From Eledone cirrhosa (taxonomy: Eukaryota): a stretch of 64,000 nt of DNA. A program made the position numbers and the translations under genes. The stretch is taken from NCBI GenBank assembly GCA_964016885.1, contig OZ024741.1:221278001-221342000 (forward strand), written 5' to 3'. A model generated the notes under the pieces. The model was not told the origin of the DNA and searched no databases. It saw only the letters and a program-made list of their open reading frames with translations. Every line of letters begins with the position of its first letter. Positions within the stretch are counted from its first letter, which is position 1. Shown piece after piece: positions 13,521 through 27,545 of this stretch.

Positions 13521-14542
13521 CAAGATTCGTGTGTGTGGAAATATGAAATGGATATTCTCTTTATTTTTTTAAAAGAAATGAAAAGAAAATATTTCAGAAG
13601 ATCAGAAAAATAAGACAGTTAATGATTAAAGTGAGAGCTTATTATTATAAATTTACTTCAAAGGAACATTATCTTTAAATCTTCTGTTATCTAAATATAG
13701 GAATTTCACCCAAACTATTTATAATAGTTACTACAAACCAGAATTACACATTAAAAATAATCTGAAATATTTCTCTCTGTTTATCATATTTTTTTTATTT
13801 AATTCTACTCTATGGAGTTTGTTTTCTGTTTTTTTTAATCTGTTTTTTTTTTTTGTATCATTTTTGCATAGTTTTTTGCCTGTTTTTTGTTGTATTTGTC
13901 TGTTTTGTATAGTTGTTTTGTTTATTTTGTGTAGTTTTTGTGTATTTTTTTGTAGTGTTTATGTAGTTTCTTGTCTGTTTTGTGTAGTTTTTATGCAAAT
14001 TTTTGTCTGTTTTTTGTCTGTTTTGTGTTGTTTTTTGCTATGTTATTTTTGTGTTTTATGTAGTTTTGTTACATTGGCACCAAGCTCTTTGTCTCCATTG
14101 TAGTTTTGTTTCTTTAACTAACAATTGTATAGTTTGTACTTGTTGTTGGTGGAGGTTGTGTTGGTGGTGGTGGTGTTGGTGTTGGTGGTGCTGGTTGTTG
14201 TTGTGGCAGCAGTAATGGTGTTGGTTGTGGTGGTGTAGGTGGTGGTGGTGGTGTTGGCTGTGTGTGTGAGTGTGTATATGTATGTGTCAATGTTGTTATT
14301 GCTGTGGTCATTGTTGTTGTTGTTGGTGGTGGTGGCTGTGTGTGTGAGTGTGCGTGTGTATCTGTCAATGTGGTTATTGATGTGATCTTTGTTGTTGCTG
14401 GTGGTGGCATGTGTGTGTGTGTGAGACAAAGTGAGTGTGTGGTTATTGCTGTAGTCTTTGTTGTTGTTGTTGTTGTTTAGCCCAAGGTCAACCATCATTA
14501 AACAGACATATCTCTAACCCTTCCATTATCATATATATAATA

Positions 14543-15040
14543 ATAATAATGAAAATGATTGTGTACAGTGCTCAGGTGCACTACAACTCATCAAAGGTCC
14601 ATGTATAGTACATAGAATAATTGTTTCTACTTTTGGCACAAGGCCAGCAATTATCCCAGTGTATTACTGGTACTTTATTTTATCGACCCCCGTAAGGATG
14701 AAAGCAAAGTTAACCTTGGCGGGATTTGAACTCAGACCATAAAGGGTCATAACTCTTTGCTGCAAAGCATGGCGTCTGAACCTCTACTGATACTACCAAT
14801 CCACTGCCCTTGTACGTAGAATAATGTACAAATGTCAGGAAAGTGAACAGTATATGAGTCATGATATACACACAGACACACACATGCATGTGTGTGGAGA
14901 GAGAATCTCAGGTGTAGTGTTGGCGAATTTCAGGAAGTATGGAGATTTGAAGAATGCAGTGTCCCAGCAGCTAACAACTGATGCAGGTAGTTTGTTCCAT
15001 GCTTCAGCAACTCTGAGCAGGAAAAAATGTTTCTCGTGAA
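14543..15040 (-). mobile_element. CR1/Jockey-like LINE 3' end with a nested SINE (other copies 21095-21300 minus, 30865-31222 plus)
   Basis: RVAEAWNKLPASVVS...FK C-terminus and (ATT)n tail. The SINE at 14618-14810 is flanked by TAC(A/G)TAGAATAAT duplications. Confidence 0.75.
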
Positions 15041-15134
15041 ATACTTTCTATTTCAATGAATTAATGAAGATTTTTGAAGGGATTTACTGAACTTATTAAT
15101 CATTTCATTATTACATTAGTAATATTATGACATT

Positions 15135-15540
15135 CCATATCGGTAGAGCGCCAAACACCATATTTTGACGCATAAAGTTACGGCCCTTTTCATTCTGATT
15201 TCAAATCCTGCCAAGGTTTACTTTGCCTTTCATTATACAGGGTCGATAAAATAAAGTACCAGTAAAGCACTGGGGTTGATTTAAACAACTCCCGCTCTCT
15301 TCAAATTGCCGGCCTTGGGCCTAAAGTAGAAAGAATTATTATATTAATAAGATGGTGGGGGATCGGTAGTATTGGTAGAGCATCAGACACCTTGCTTCGC
15401 AGCATAGTTACAGACCTTTACGATCTGAGTTCAAATCCTGCCAAGGTTAACTTTGCTTTTCATCCTTATGGGATCGATAATATAAAGTACCAGTAATGTA
15501 CTGGGTAATTGCTGGCCTTGTACCAAAAGTAGAAACAATT
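15135..15540 (+). mobile_element. Two copies of an abundant ~190-bp tRNA-derived SINE
   Basis: B box GAGTTCAAATCC, core GGTTAACTTTGCCTTTCATCCTTACGGGGTCGATAAAATAAAGTACCAG, tail AAAAGTAGAAACAATTAT. Other copies near 14618, 24900, 27562-27855, 29945, 31046, 31223, 31311, 51309, 51507, 54331, 54514, 60823, 62960. Confidence 0.85.
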
Positions 15541-15997
15541 ATATATATAGACAATGATATATATGTCTCTGTACTATTGTTATATAAACAATGTGATATA
15601 TATGTCTATATAGTATTGTTATATAAACAATGTGTTACATGTGTCTAAATACTATTGTGATATATGTGCATATATACTATTGTTATATAGACAATGTGAT
15701 ATATATGTCTATCATCATCATCATCATCATCACCTTGTGCCCAAAATAGAAACAAGTATTATATAGACAATGATATATATGTCTATATAGTATTGTTATA
15801 TAAACAATGTGTTACATGTGTCTAAATACTATTGTGATATATGTGTATATATACTATTGTTATATAGACAATGTGATATATATGTCTATGATTACAGTAT
15901 TGTTATATATACAATATAATATATATATATATATATAGTATTGTTATATATACAATATAATATATATATATCTATATAGTATTGTCATATATACAAT

Positions 15998-16032
<35 letters not shown>

Positions 16033-16233
16033 TTAGTTATACTATTTATGGTTATGTAAACACAAAACCTTAAGCAGTTGTAAGTATTTTACACACACCC
16101 TAAATAGTGGTAGGCAGTAATGTATTACTACCTTATTACCAGTAAGTTAAGTAGCTCAATGTAAAAACATCAGATGATTTACAGAGCAGTTATATGAAAT
16201 ATAAGAATCAAAGAACTGTTCAAAACATTATTG

Positions 16234-16280
16234 TGCTTACAGCTGTTTCCTCCAAACCGAGGTTTGGATTCTTCGGAGCA
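16234..16280 (-). ncRNA. Type I hammerhead motif, CCGAAGA core (left arm)
   Basis: Reverse complement of 16564-16610. Confidence 0.7.
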
Positions 16281-16563
16281 ATTTATTAATGCATGGACAG
16301 TTATATGACCTCCTTTTCAGTCGAGAGACATACCAATACATATTCAAACATTGATACATATTCAAACATTGTACTTTAACCTATATCCTTGATTTTTGAT
16401 TGTACCTATTAATATAAATGTAATCTCAAAGTGTGTACTGCCACTCTAAATTCTGTAATGAATGTTGACCCTCAATGTTTGAATATGTATCAATGTTTGA
16501 ATATGTATTGGTATGTCTCTCGACTGAAAAGGAGGTCATATAACTGTCCATGCATTAATAAAT

Positions 16564-16610
16564 TGCTCCGAAGAATCCAAACCTCGGTTTGGAGGAAACA
16601 GCTGTAAGCA
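16564..16610 (+). ncRNA. Type I hammerhead motif, CCGAAGA core (right arm)
   Basis: tgct CCGAAGA a TCCAAACC tc GGTTTGGA g GAAA CAGCTG TA agca. Palindromic helix III ACAGCUGU, GUA site. Confidence 0.7.
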
Positions 16611-16641
16611 CAATAATGTTTTGAACAGTTCTTTGATTCTT

Positions 16642-16738
<97 letters not shown>

Positions 16739-17064
16739 TTGTTATATATACAATATAATATATGTGTCTATACAGTATTGTTATATACACAAAATAATAT
16801 ATATATCTATATAATATTGTTATATATACAATATAATATATATATCCATACAGTATTGTTATATATACAATATAATATATATATCTATATCATATATATA
16901 TATATCTATATGATATATATATATATATCTGTACAATACAATATGTATATATCTATAGAATATAATATATATATCTATATGATATACATATATATCTATA
17001 CAATATAATATATGTGTCTATACAATATTGTTATATATACAATATAATATATATATATTATATA

Positions 17065-18240
17065 GTGGTGGTGGTGGTGGTGTTTGTTGTTGTGGTGGGG
17101 ATGCTGGTGGTGCTGGTACTTGTGGTGATGGTGGTGGTGGTGCTCGTGGTGGTGCTCGTGGTAGTCGTGGTGGTGGTGGTGTTTATTGTTGTGGTGGTGC
17201 TGGTGGTGGTGCTTGTGGTAGTCGTAGTGGTGGTGGTGTTTGTTGTTGTGGTGGTGCTGGTGATAGTGCTTGTGGTAGTCGTAGTGGTAGTGGTGTTTGT
17301 TGTTGTGGTGGTGCTGGTGGTGGTACTGGTGGTGCTGGTACTGGTGGTGCTGGTGATGGTGCTTGTGGTAGTCGTAGTGGTGGTGGTGTTTGTTGTTGTG
17401 GTGGTGCTGGTGGTGGTGCTTGTGGTAGTTCTAGTAGTGGTGGTGGTGTTTGTTGTTGTGGTGGTGGTGGTGGTGGTACTGGTGGTGCTGGTACTGGTGG
17501 TGCTGGTGTTGATGATGTTGATGGTGGTGGTGGTGAAAGTGGCGGAGGTGTAGGTGGTAGTGACGGAGGTGGTGGTAGTCGTGGTGGTGGTGGTGGTTTG
17601 GTAGTAGCATTGCACTTGTATATTGTTTTTCTAAATGTAATTGGCAGTTTACAGGTTTAAAAGAAATATATGTAATTCCACATATAATTCCACATGTAAT
17701 TCCACATACACAAACACATACATACGTACAAACACACATACATACACACATACATATAAACACACATATATACATACAAACACACATACATACATACACA
17801 CATACACACATATATTACAAACACACATATATACACACATACATACAAACACACATACACACTCACATACATATTATAAACAAACATTAATAAGAATGGT
17901 TCCAAAACTATATGGAGATCTAAAAGTGTGTGTGTATGTAGACATATGTGTGTGTGTGTATGTATGTAGACATATGTGTGTGTGTGTGTATGTAGACATA
18001 TGTGTGTGTGTGTATGTATGTAGACATATGTGTGTGTGTGTATGTAGACATATGTGTTTGTGTGTATGTAGACATATGTGTTTGTGTGTATGTAGACATA
18101 TGTGTTTGTGTGTATGTAGACATATGTGTGTGTGTGTATGTAGACATATGTGTTTGTGTGTATGTAGACATATGTGCTTGTGTGTATGTAGACATATGTG
18201 TTTGTGTGTATGTAGACATATGTGTGTGTGTATGTATGTG
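17065..18240. repeat. (GGT)n-rich, CA-rich and ~22-26-bp GTAGACATATGTGT tandem repeats
   Basis: Direct inspection. Confidence 0.9.
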
Positions 18241-18954
18241 ACTGTGCAAATGGTGAAAACAAAAATTGCTTAAAATTTTAATCTATGATTATAATAAATA
18301 CATTATACATACATATAGATGTATATATATATGTGTGTGTGTACGTGAATGTGTATATGTGTGTGTGTGTACACACACATACATACACACACACACCTGC
18401 ATATAATACATCTAATTTCTTAGCATCTCTATTCCCTGTTCTCTCTCTCTCTATATATATATATATATACAAATAAACCTTTGTGGTGTAATCTACCCTC
18501 GTAATTTTAGACACGGGTTTACTGTGTTTACTTCTACACATATCCATATATATATATATATATTTATTAACGTGGAAAATAGACATTAAACCATAATGAT
18601 GATATATATATATATATATAAAATTATATATATATATATATATAATATTACTCAGAAGGCTCACTAAAAGTAGTAGACATCTTTTGCTAAAGGCCTATAC
18701 TGAAAGTATAGCTAGGATGAGGATGGGGTGGAAGAAGTTCAGGAATCTGTTACCTCTGCTGGAAACAAAGGGTTTCTCTTTGACAGTGAAAGGCAGATTA
18801 GTAGGTTGTGATTTGATGGGAACTTGGCTGCTATATCTAGCAGGTTGATCAACCATGTAGAAGCACCCTAGTTTTTGTTGTTGTTGTTTTTACTTTTGTC
18901 TGAAGGTTTTCCAGCTATGACCATTCCTTATATTTTCTCCAGTTGTGTTTATAT

Positions 18955-19500
18955 CCATGGTGATAAGAAGGACATCCAGCCTTAGAAAGCTTGCCAAACA
19001 AAGGGTCGGGTGGACCCTTCAGTTGTGACAAGGACATGACAGCCTCCCTAGCTGTACATGATAAACACACCCAGTGCATGCTGTAAAGGGGTCAGTGATA
19101 GGAATGGAATCCAGTCATAGAAAGGGTCGGGAGGACCCTTCAGTGTGTCAAAGACAACCTCCCTAGTGTTGGTAATCTACATGATAACCACATACAGTGC
19201 ATGCTGTAAAGGGGTCAGTGATAGGAATGGAATCCAGTCATAGAAAGGGTCGGGAGGACCCTTCAGTGTGTCAAAGACAACCTCCCTAGTGTTGGTAATC
19301 TACATGATAACAACATACAGTACACACTGTAAAGTGGTTGGTGATAGGAAGGGCATCCAGCCATTAAAAGCTTGCCAAACAAAGGGATGCGAGGAGCCTC
19401 AGTTGTATCAAAGATGTGATAGCCTCCCTAGTGTTGATGATAGGAAAGGCATCCAACCATAGGGTTGTGAGGACCTTTCAGTTTTGTCAAAGATATGACA
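18955..19500 (+). repeat. Degenerate ~125-bp tandem repeat built from the RTE/SINE AGGAAGGGCATCCAGC domain
   Basis: GCATGCTGTAAAGGGGTCAGTGATAGGAATGG at 19076 and 19199, with diverged neighbours. Confidence 0.7.
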
Positions 19501-19669
19501 ACCTCTCCTGTCCACTCGATAGAACATGAGACTCTACTTAAGTGAAATAATAGACCCCCCCCCCCTAGCTTTTCTGGGAGATCAGTGGCCCTACTTCAGT
19601 CTTAACTTTGTCTATGTAGACCCAGCAAACCCATGCTAGCAGGGAAAGTAATTTTAAGATGAAAGAGGA

Positions 19670-19829
19670 TAATGATGATGGCGATGGTGATGGTGATGAT
19701 GGTGATGATGGTGGTGGTGATGATGATGATGGTGATGATAATGATTGGTGATGATTTTGATGGTGATGATGGTGATGATGGTGATGACGAGGATGGTGAT
19801 CGTGATGATGGTGATGATGACGATGATGG

Positions 19830-19863
<34 letters not shown>

Positions 19864-20050
19864 CCTTCTATATTTAAGTCAATAGGGCGTGATTTAAGCG
19901 AAACTTAGCTGCTATCTCTAGCAGGTTGAGCTACTGTACAACTCCCTCCTTATATACCACCATGTAGATTAATAAAGTATATTTGTAAATAAGATTATCT
20001 CAATTAATCCTATTGTTTCTACTCAATTGGTTTTGGAAGATTTTGTTATT

Positions 20051-20131
<81 letters not shown>

Positions 20132-20267
20132 TGGAGGTGGGGTGGGTGGTATTTTTTCTTTAATTTTTCCTTCATAAATCATAGATAGGAATCATACTAT
20201 ATCGTTTGTTGTATTTAATTAAGTTGTATTTAATTGATAGTGATGGTGATGGTGATGATGATGATGG

Positions 20268-20299
<32 letters not shown>

Positions 20300-20306
20300 G
20301 TGATGG

Positions 20307-20337
<31 letters not shown>

Positions 20338-20515
20338 GATGGTGATGATAGTGATGATGATGATGATGGTGATGGTGATGGTGATGATGGTGATGGTGAT
20401 GATGATGATGATGATGATGATGATGTTGATGTTGATGTTGATAATGATGTTGATGTTGATGATGATGATGATGATGATGATGTTGATGTTGATGTTGATG
20501 TTGATGATGATGTAT
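19670..20515. repeat. (GAT)n and (GTT)n microsatellites
   Basis: Direct inspection. Confidence 0.95.
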
Positions 20516-20754
20516 AGCATAAAGTCCTTTTTTTATATATCCTATTGTGACCGTCGCATGCTCTCTGAAAATAAAATATAGGAGAGCATTGGTGTTTAAA
20601 CTACAGGAAACTGGGAAAAGGGGTCATGACCCAGGTGGGCCCGACTCCTTTAGAGTATTAGGAAGAATCAAGGACCGAAATACTTGCTTGATGGGAGTTC
20701 TTCTTCTGAAGATCTTCCTGCGATCTGCTCACCCTGTCACAAGTTTCCTCCTTT

Positions 20755-20965
20755 TAGGTTTTCTTCTTCTTCTTCTTCTTCTACATGAGAGGGCCATGGG
20801 GGCAGAGGCCTCAAACACTCCTTCCAGAAGGTCCTGTCAGAAGCAACCATTTCCAACTGACCAGCCAAGCTCATGGATGTTATCCAACCATCTTGCTCGG
20901 GGTCTACCCCTGGGTCTCCTGCCAGTTGGTTTTGCCTGTAAAATCTGTCAGTGATTCTATCTTAT
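20755..20965 (-). mobile_element. RTE-like LINE 3' end of another family, (GAA)n tail
   Basis: Minus-strand QAKPTGRRPRGRPRARWLDNI. Confidence 0.7.
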
Positions 20966-21739
20966 TAGGTTAACCAATGAAAACATTGACATAAACTATA
21001 TTTTTCTATGTATTTATCATCTTCAAACATGTTTATTATCTATCATACATCAAATATATAAGATTAAATAGAAGTACATACGTCTTATAATAATATAATA
21101 ATAATAATGATAATGAAATTATTGTGTACAGTGCTCGGGTGCACTACAACTCATCAAAGGTGCATGTATAGTACATAGAATAATATACAAATGTCATGTG
21201 TGCATGTGCATGGAGGGGGAATATCAGGTGCAGTGTTGGCGAATCTCAGGAAGCATGGAGGTTTTAAAGGATGCAGTGTCTCGACAGCTAACAACTGATC
21301 AATTTTTTTTTGTTTTTTCCATTTCGAAATAACTTCTACAGTACTAGTACTGTTTCACTTCTTTTTTTTTAGATACAGAACGAAAATTTTATATTATTAT
21401 TTATTATATATATTTATTATTTGTTATATATAAACATATGTCAAGTATATTTTACATAAAGAAGAGTGTCCCTAGTTATTGTCTGTGGAAATGTCTTGCA
21501 GTTTTGTCCATGGGGTGCAGCTCTGCCCTAGGAATAGAACATGTCACCCTCTCTTCTTCCTCCTCTCTTTCTTCAGTGGCCTAATAGTCCTTGTGTTTCC
21601 CTCCTTTTCCTCTCATTTATGGTATTTATAGTCCATTCTTCTATTTTCCCATACAACCAAATCTGCCCTTCTTTTCCCCTTCCCCCTTTTGTTCATTACT
21701 TAACCCTCCTTTAGTATTTACATTATTCTATATATATAT

Positions 21740-22572
21740 GAGTTCAAGACCGGCTGCCCATGGGAACTTCTCTATGCCCATGATCTAATGCTCATAGGTG
21801 AATCGATGGCTGAACTAGAGAAGAAATTCCAAACATGGAAGCATGGCCTAGAATCAAAAGGCCTTAAAGTTAACTTGTCTAAGACTAAAGTTCTAGTATG
21901 TAGGAAGGAAAATAGGGCACAGGTCCCCTTTGGTAGATGGCCATGCTCAGTGTGTAGGAAAGGAGTAGGCAGAAATTCCATTTTATGTCCCAAATGCAAA
22001 GTATGGGTACATAAAAGATGTAGTGGGATCACAGGTAAGCTATCTAAGAATGTAGACTTTATATGTGGCCAGTGCAATAAGTAGCAAGTGCCCACAGGAT
22101 ACTAGCTCCTTCTATTGCCCAGATGGCTCTATAGAAATAGTGGACACCTCCCATTACCTGGATGACGAAATCAGCAGTGGTGGAGGGTGTTCTGAAAGAA
22201 CAGTAGCCAGAGTCAGAACGGGATGGAAAAAGTTCACTATTAGCCGCTAAAAGTTTCTCTCTAAAAATGAAAGGCAGACTGTATGATGCCTGCATACAAA
22301 TACTATGTTACATGGCAGTGAGACATGGGCATTGTGTGCAGAGGACCTGCACAGACTGGAGAGAAACGAAGCATGCATGCTTTGTAATGTGGCCGTGAAG
22401 GTAACACGGTAAAAACCTCCCAGTCCACACTGTAAACATGGTTGGTGTTAGGAAGGGGATCCAGCCATAGAAAACCTGCCAGACAGTCCCATACAAGCGA
22501 GACGACCAATCTTGCCTCAAGTGGGACAATTCCCGTCTAAACCTATGCTAGCGTGGAAGATACACATTAAAC

Positions 22573-22623
<51 letters not shown>
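21740..22623 (+). mobile_element. RTE-clade LINE fragment, subfamily B, internally deleted
   Basis: GLKVNLSKTK, WPCSVC..CPKC..HKRC, (GAT)n tail. Confidence 0.88.
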
Positions 22624-22816
22624 ACTATTGTATTTTCATGGTAAACACTTTATTTCACATAATTATCTCACATAATATAGAATCTACGAGATTTTGATAC
22701 TATTTATTTTGAGAACAATACCTTAACATCAGTATGAGCAGCTGGTTATGGCTGGTTTTAAACAGAAAGAAGTGAGAGAATTCTGGCCAGACATGACTGG
22801 TTTAAATGCTAAAGGA
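22624..22816 (-). mobile_element. Uninterrupted partial copy of the TTAA-flanked MITE at 51198-51852
   Basis: Ends TAAATGCTAAAGGA-TTAA. Internal sequence matches both halves of the 51198 element. Confidence 0.65.
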
Positions 22817-23084
22817 TTAATTCTGTTTTTATCGTTTTTTTTCTTTTTTATATATTTCTATCATTGTAAACTAAATATAATCAGAATACTGTCATGAAAG
22901 TAGAACTACTAGTCTTATAGATGACTGAACTACTAGTCTCATGAGATGACTAACAAAAGTACAGTTTACATACTAATATATTGTCTACATAGTCAAGTGG
23001 TCTTTGCTTCAATTGAGATCAATGTCAAAATTTTATTTACTAAGTAGCCATGTTGGATTTTAAAGTTGCCTTGTACCATCTGTG

Positions 23085-24725
23085 TTGGTGTGGCTGTGTG
23101 ACTGTATGTGTGTGTGTGTGAGTGTGTGGCTGTATGTGTGTGTGTCTGGGTGTGTGATTGTATGTGTGTGTGTGTGGGTATGTGGCTGTATGTGCGTGTG
23201 TCTGAGTGTGTCTGGGTGTGTGGCTGTATGTGTGTGGCTGAGTGTGTCTGGGTGTGTGACTGTATGTGTGTGTGTGGGTGTGTGGCTGTATGTGTGTGTG
23301 TGTCTGAGTGTGTCTGGGTGTGTGGCTGTATGTATGTGGCTGAGTGTGTCTGGGTGTGTGGCTGTATGTGTGTGTGTGTCTGGGTGTGTAGCTGTGTGTG
23401 TGTGGCTGAGTGTGTGTATGTGTGTGACTCTCTGTGTGCCTGTGTATGAGTGTATGTCTATGTGTCTGTGTCTGTGTATGTGTGTATGTGTCTGAGTGTA
23501 TATCTATGTGTGTCTCTGTGTGTCTTTGTTTATGTCTATGTTTGTGTAGCTGTATGTGATGTCTATATGTTTGTGTGTTTGTGTATCTGTATGTGCGTGT
23601 CTCTGTGCGTCTATGTCTATGACTATATGTGTGTGAGTGTATCTTTGGTCATGTCTGTATCTGTATGTGAATGTGTCTTTATGTTTGTGTGTGTGAGTGT
23701 ATGTGTTTGTCAGCATATGTATATGTATGTGTGAATCAGTATGTGTGAACCAGTGTGTGTGTGTGTGTGTGTATATATGTCTGTGTGTATGTATATTTGT
23801 CTGTATGTATGTCTGTGTGTGTATATTTGTGTGTATATTTGTCTGTATGTATATTTGTCTGTATGTATGTCGGTGTGTGTGTATGTCTGTGTATGTATAT
23901 CTCTGTGTGTATATATATATATATATGTATGTATGTGTATGTATGTATGTGTATGTATGTCTGTATGTATGCCTGTGTGTATGTCTGTATATATATATAT
24001 GTATGTCTCTGTATGTATATATGTGTGTATATCTGTGTGTATGTGTGTATATGTGTGTCTCTGTATGCCTGTGTGTATGTATGTCTCTGTATGAATGCCT
24101 GTATGTATATATGTGTGTAGGTCTGTGTGTATGTGTGTATATGTATGTCTCTGTATGCATGTATGTGTGTATGTGTGCATATGTATATCTCTGTATGTAT
24201 GTATGTCTATGTGTATGTCTGTGTGTATAGATATATGTATGTCTATGTGTATATGTATGTCTCTGTATGTATGTCTATGTGTATATGTATGTCTCTGTGT
24301 ATATGTCTATGTGTATGTCTGTGTGTATATATGTCTGTGTGCATATATGTATGTATATGTATGTCTCTGTGTGTATGTCTATGTATCTGTGTGTATGTAT
24401 GTATGCCTATGTATATGTCTGTGTGTATGTATGACTGTATATATGTCTGTGTGCATATATGTATATGTATGTCTCTGTGTGTATGTCTATGTGTCTGTGT
24501 GTATGTATGTATCCCTATGTGTATGTCTGTGTGTATGTATGACTGATGTATGTATATGTATGTCTCTGTGTGTATGTCTATGTGTCTGTGTGTATGTATG
24601 CCTATGTGTATGTCTGTGTGTATGTATGACTGTATATATGTCTGTGTGCATATATGTACGTATATGTATGTATATGTATGTCTCTGTGTGTATGTCTATG
24701 TGTCTGTGTGTATGTATGTATGTCT
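23085..24725. repeat. GT/GTAT-rich simple repeat
   Basis: Direct inspection. Confidence 0.95.
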
Positions 24726-25066
24726 ACTATAGCAATCTAAAAGTAACAGACATCACTGAACCATGATAAGATGCCAGAAACAATTTTGTTTGACTTTACA
24801 GAGAATCATTGTTTTAAATGTTTAATAGATTTATTTAATAAATCTTAATAGTTTAATCCAGCAGCTGGCTTCTTGGTCCTATTTTTGCTCAGAAGAACTG
24901 TTATCGGTAAAGGGTCGGACGCCATGCTTTGCAGCAAAGAGTTACGGCCCTTTACTGTCTGAGTTCAAATCCCGCCAAGGTTAACTTTGCCTTTCATCCT
25001 TACGAGGTCAATAAAATAAAGTAATTGCTGGCCTTGTGCCAAAAGTAGAAACAATTATTTATACTG

Positions 25067-25685
25067 TTTAGCCAGAAAGAGAAGGGCTGTGTCTATGATG
25101 GAGACTAGTAGGAAGGTAGACAGCATCATTGAAACTTTTTAGGGTCCCTGAGATTTGAGAAAGGGTGAAGTCAGAAAAAGTGTTATTATTTTTTGTATTG
25201 CTTAGCCAGAAAGAGAAGGGTTGTGTCTATGACGGAGACTGGTATGAGGGCGGGTACATCCTTGAAATTTTATAGGGTCCCGGAGATTTGAGGAAGGGTG
25301 AGGCAAGTGCGCATGTCTCTTTTCAGGGCCTCTCAGACAGGTGGAAGGAAGGGACTGTGACAGTGATCCTTTTCAAGGCCTCAGAGATTTGAGGAAGGGC
25401 GAGGTTAGTTCCCATTCTCTTTTCAGAGCTGCAGAAACTGATGGGAGGTAGGGTAGAATCCTTGAACCTGTTTAGGGGCCTCTGAGATTTGAGGAAGAGT
25501 GAGGCCAGTGCCCATGTCTTTTTTCAGGGCCTCAGAAACTGGTGAAAGGGAAGGAGGGTAACATCGATTTTTTTCAGGTCCTCTGAGATTGGTGGGAGAG
25601 AGGGAAGGAGCGACAGTGACCTTAACACTTTTTAGGACCTCTGAGGCAGGTGAGAGGAAGAAACTGTGACATTACTCTTTTTAGA
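25067..25685. repeat. Degenerate purine-rich tandem repeat (TTTCAGGGCCTC(T)GAGATTTGAGGAAGGG motif)
   Basis: The motif recurs about every 55-60 bp, and TTAGCCAGAAAGAGAAGGG occurs twice. Confidence 0.65.
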
Positions 25686-26272
25686 GTCATATAGACTGCT
25701 GGGTGCTTTTTGTCATGACACCTACATTACCACTTTACAGTGTGGACTGGGTGCTTTTGTCATGACACCTACATTACCACTTTACAGTGTGGACTGGTTA
25801 CTTTTGTCATGACACCTACATTACCACTTTACAGTGTGGACTGGGTGCTGTTTGCCATATTGCCATGTTGCCATATGGGCTATATATATATATATATAAA
25901 TATATATATCATCATCATCGTTTAATGTTTATCTTCCACCCTAGCATGGGTTAGACGGGAATTGTCCCACTTGAGGCAAGATTGATCAGATGACTGTCTC
26001 GCTCATATAGGAAAGTATCTGGCAGGTTTTCTACAGCTGGATGCCCTTCCTAACACCAACCACATTTACAGTGTGGATTGGGAGCCTTCTTACCGTGTCT
26101 CCTACATGACCACTTTACAGAGTGGACTGGGTGCTTTTTGACGTGACACCTACACGACCTCGTATACATATATATATACCGGGCTGGTAGCTGCTAAGTG
26201 GTCGGCCGCCCTCATGTCTCTGATTTTCAGCACCATGGATTTTGTCTATTATATTCCTTTGTTATATTTCGA

Positions 26273-26330
26273 ATACCTGATGATGTCACCGGATTCATAC
26301 TGAACCCGGTCATTGAAATGATCATAGTAT
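26273..26330 (+). ncRNA. Type I hammerhead ribozyme motif within a ~200-bp insert (26180-26385) between TA runs
   Basis: atac CTGATGA tg tc ACCGG attcatactgaac CCGGT ca tt GAAA TGATCA TA gtat. Palindromic helix III AUGAUCAU, AUA site. Confidence 0.8.
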
Positions 26331-26391
26331 AATAAACCTTTTAAGGAATTACACCAGTCCAGCCTCCTGTTATTTTATAATTATATATATC

Positions 26392-26712
26392 ATCATTTCA
26401 TTTTACGTCCGCTTTTTCCCTGCTTGCAAGGGTGGGACGGGAACTGATTCTGGCTTTATTTCTACATCTGGATGCCCTTCCTAACACCAACCTCATTTAC
26501 AGTGAGTGCTGGGTGCTTTTTTTGCCGTTGCACCTCCACGACCACTTTACAGTCGAATGATAGGGACCCAGTCTCTATCATCTCATTTCTACAGCTGAGT
26601 CAACTGGAGCAATGTGAAATAAAGTGTCTTGCTCAAGGAAACAACACATCACCCGGTCTGTCACAACCTTTCGATTGCAAGGCCAATGCTCTAACCACTA
26701 AGGCATGTCCCT

Positions 26713-26715
<3 letters not shown>
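26392..26715 (-). mobile_element. tRNA-derived SINE with RTE-A-type tail
   Basis: Same head and body as 33148, tail CCCACCCTTGCAAGCAGGGAAAAAAGCGGACGTAAAATGAAATGAT. Confidence 0.85.
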
Positions 26716-26759
<44 letters not shown>

Positions 26760-27412
26760 ATAGCAACGAAGTGGAAATAAAATTGTAGGAAAGGTAAACA
26801 ACAAAACAAAACAAAACCCAGATGGATTAATATAGAAATGTTAATTCTATGGTATTTTATCTGACATAAAGTTGTATTAGATTGGCCTGGATTAAACTGG
26901 ATTAAACTGGATTATGGTAATATGATTAGGGCAATTAAACATGTCTGGTTTTATTGTCTTAATTAGCAAAAATATTCCAGTATTTTGTAAATATTAAGTA
27001 ATATAATTAATTATAACACAGCAGCAGCAGTAGCAGACACCTATACTGCTTTCTACTACAACATACATTACAACAACAACTACAAGAACAACAGCAACAT
27101 CCACAACAATAACAACAACAACATACACAGCGACAACAACATACACAACAGCAAAAACAGCGACAACATACACAACAACTACAGCATACACAACAACACC
27201 AACAACAACAATAACACAAGCATTTCCAGGCTATCTTCCTTAGTAAAAAAGGGCTTAACCTTGTGGTCCTTAACCTTGTGGTCCTTAACCTTGTGGTCCT
27301 TAACCTTGTGGTCCTTACCTTGTGGTCCTTAATCTTGTGGTCCTTACTGTGTGCTCCTTACCTTGTGGTCCCTATGATAGACATCCTCTGGAGTACACTT
27401 GTGGTAATTTGT

Positions 27413-27545
27413 AGAATAATGAGAACTCAACACAAGGAAGTAAAATACCGTCAAAGACAGCATTGGGTCAATTTATCCGACACTGTCATTGACGGCATTT
27501 TGCTGTTTTAACAGTTTCCTTACATTGAGTTCTTCCCATTGTTCT
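27413..27545. other. ~130-nt imperfect palindrome (MITE-like foldback)
   Basis: Nested pairs AGAACTCAA/TTGAGTTCT, AAGGAA/TTCCTT, CCGTCAA/TTGACGG, GACAG/CTGTC. Confidence 0.65.

Larger units (their letters stand above)
16030..16653 (-). mobile_element. Penelope-like terminal fragment with a perfect 181-bp inverted repeat (16191-16371 / 16473-16653)
   Basis: The arms read as exact reverse complements, each holds a hammerhead motif, and the element is bounded by (TA)n. Confidence 0.8.
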
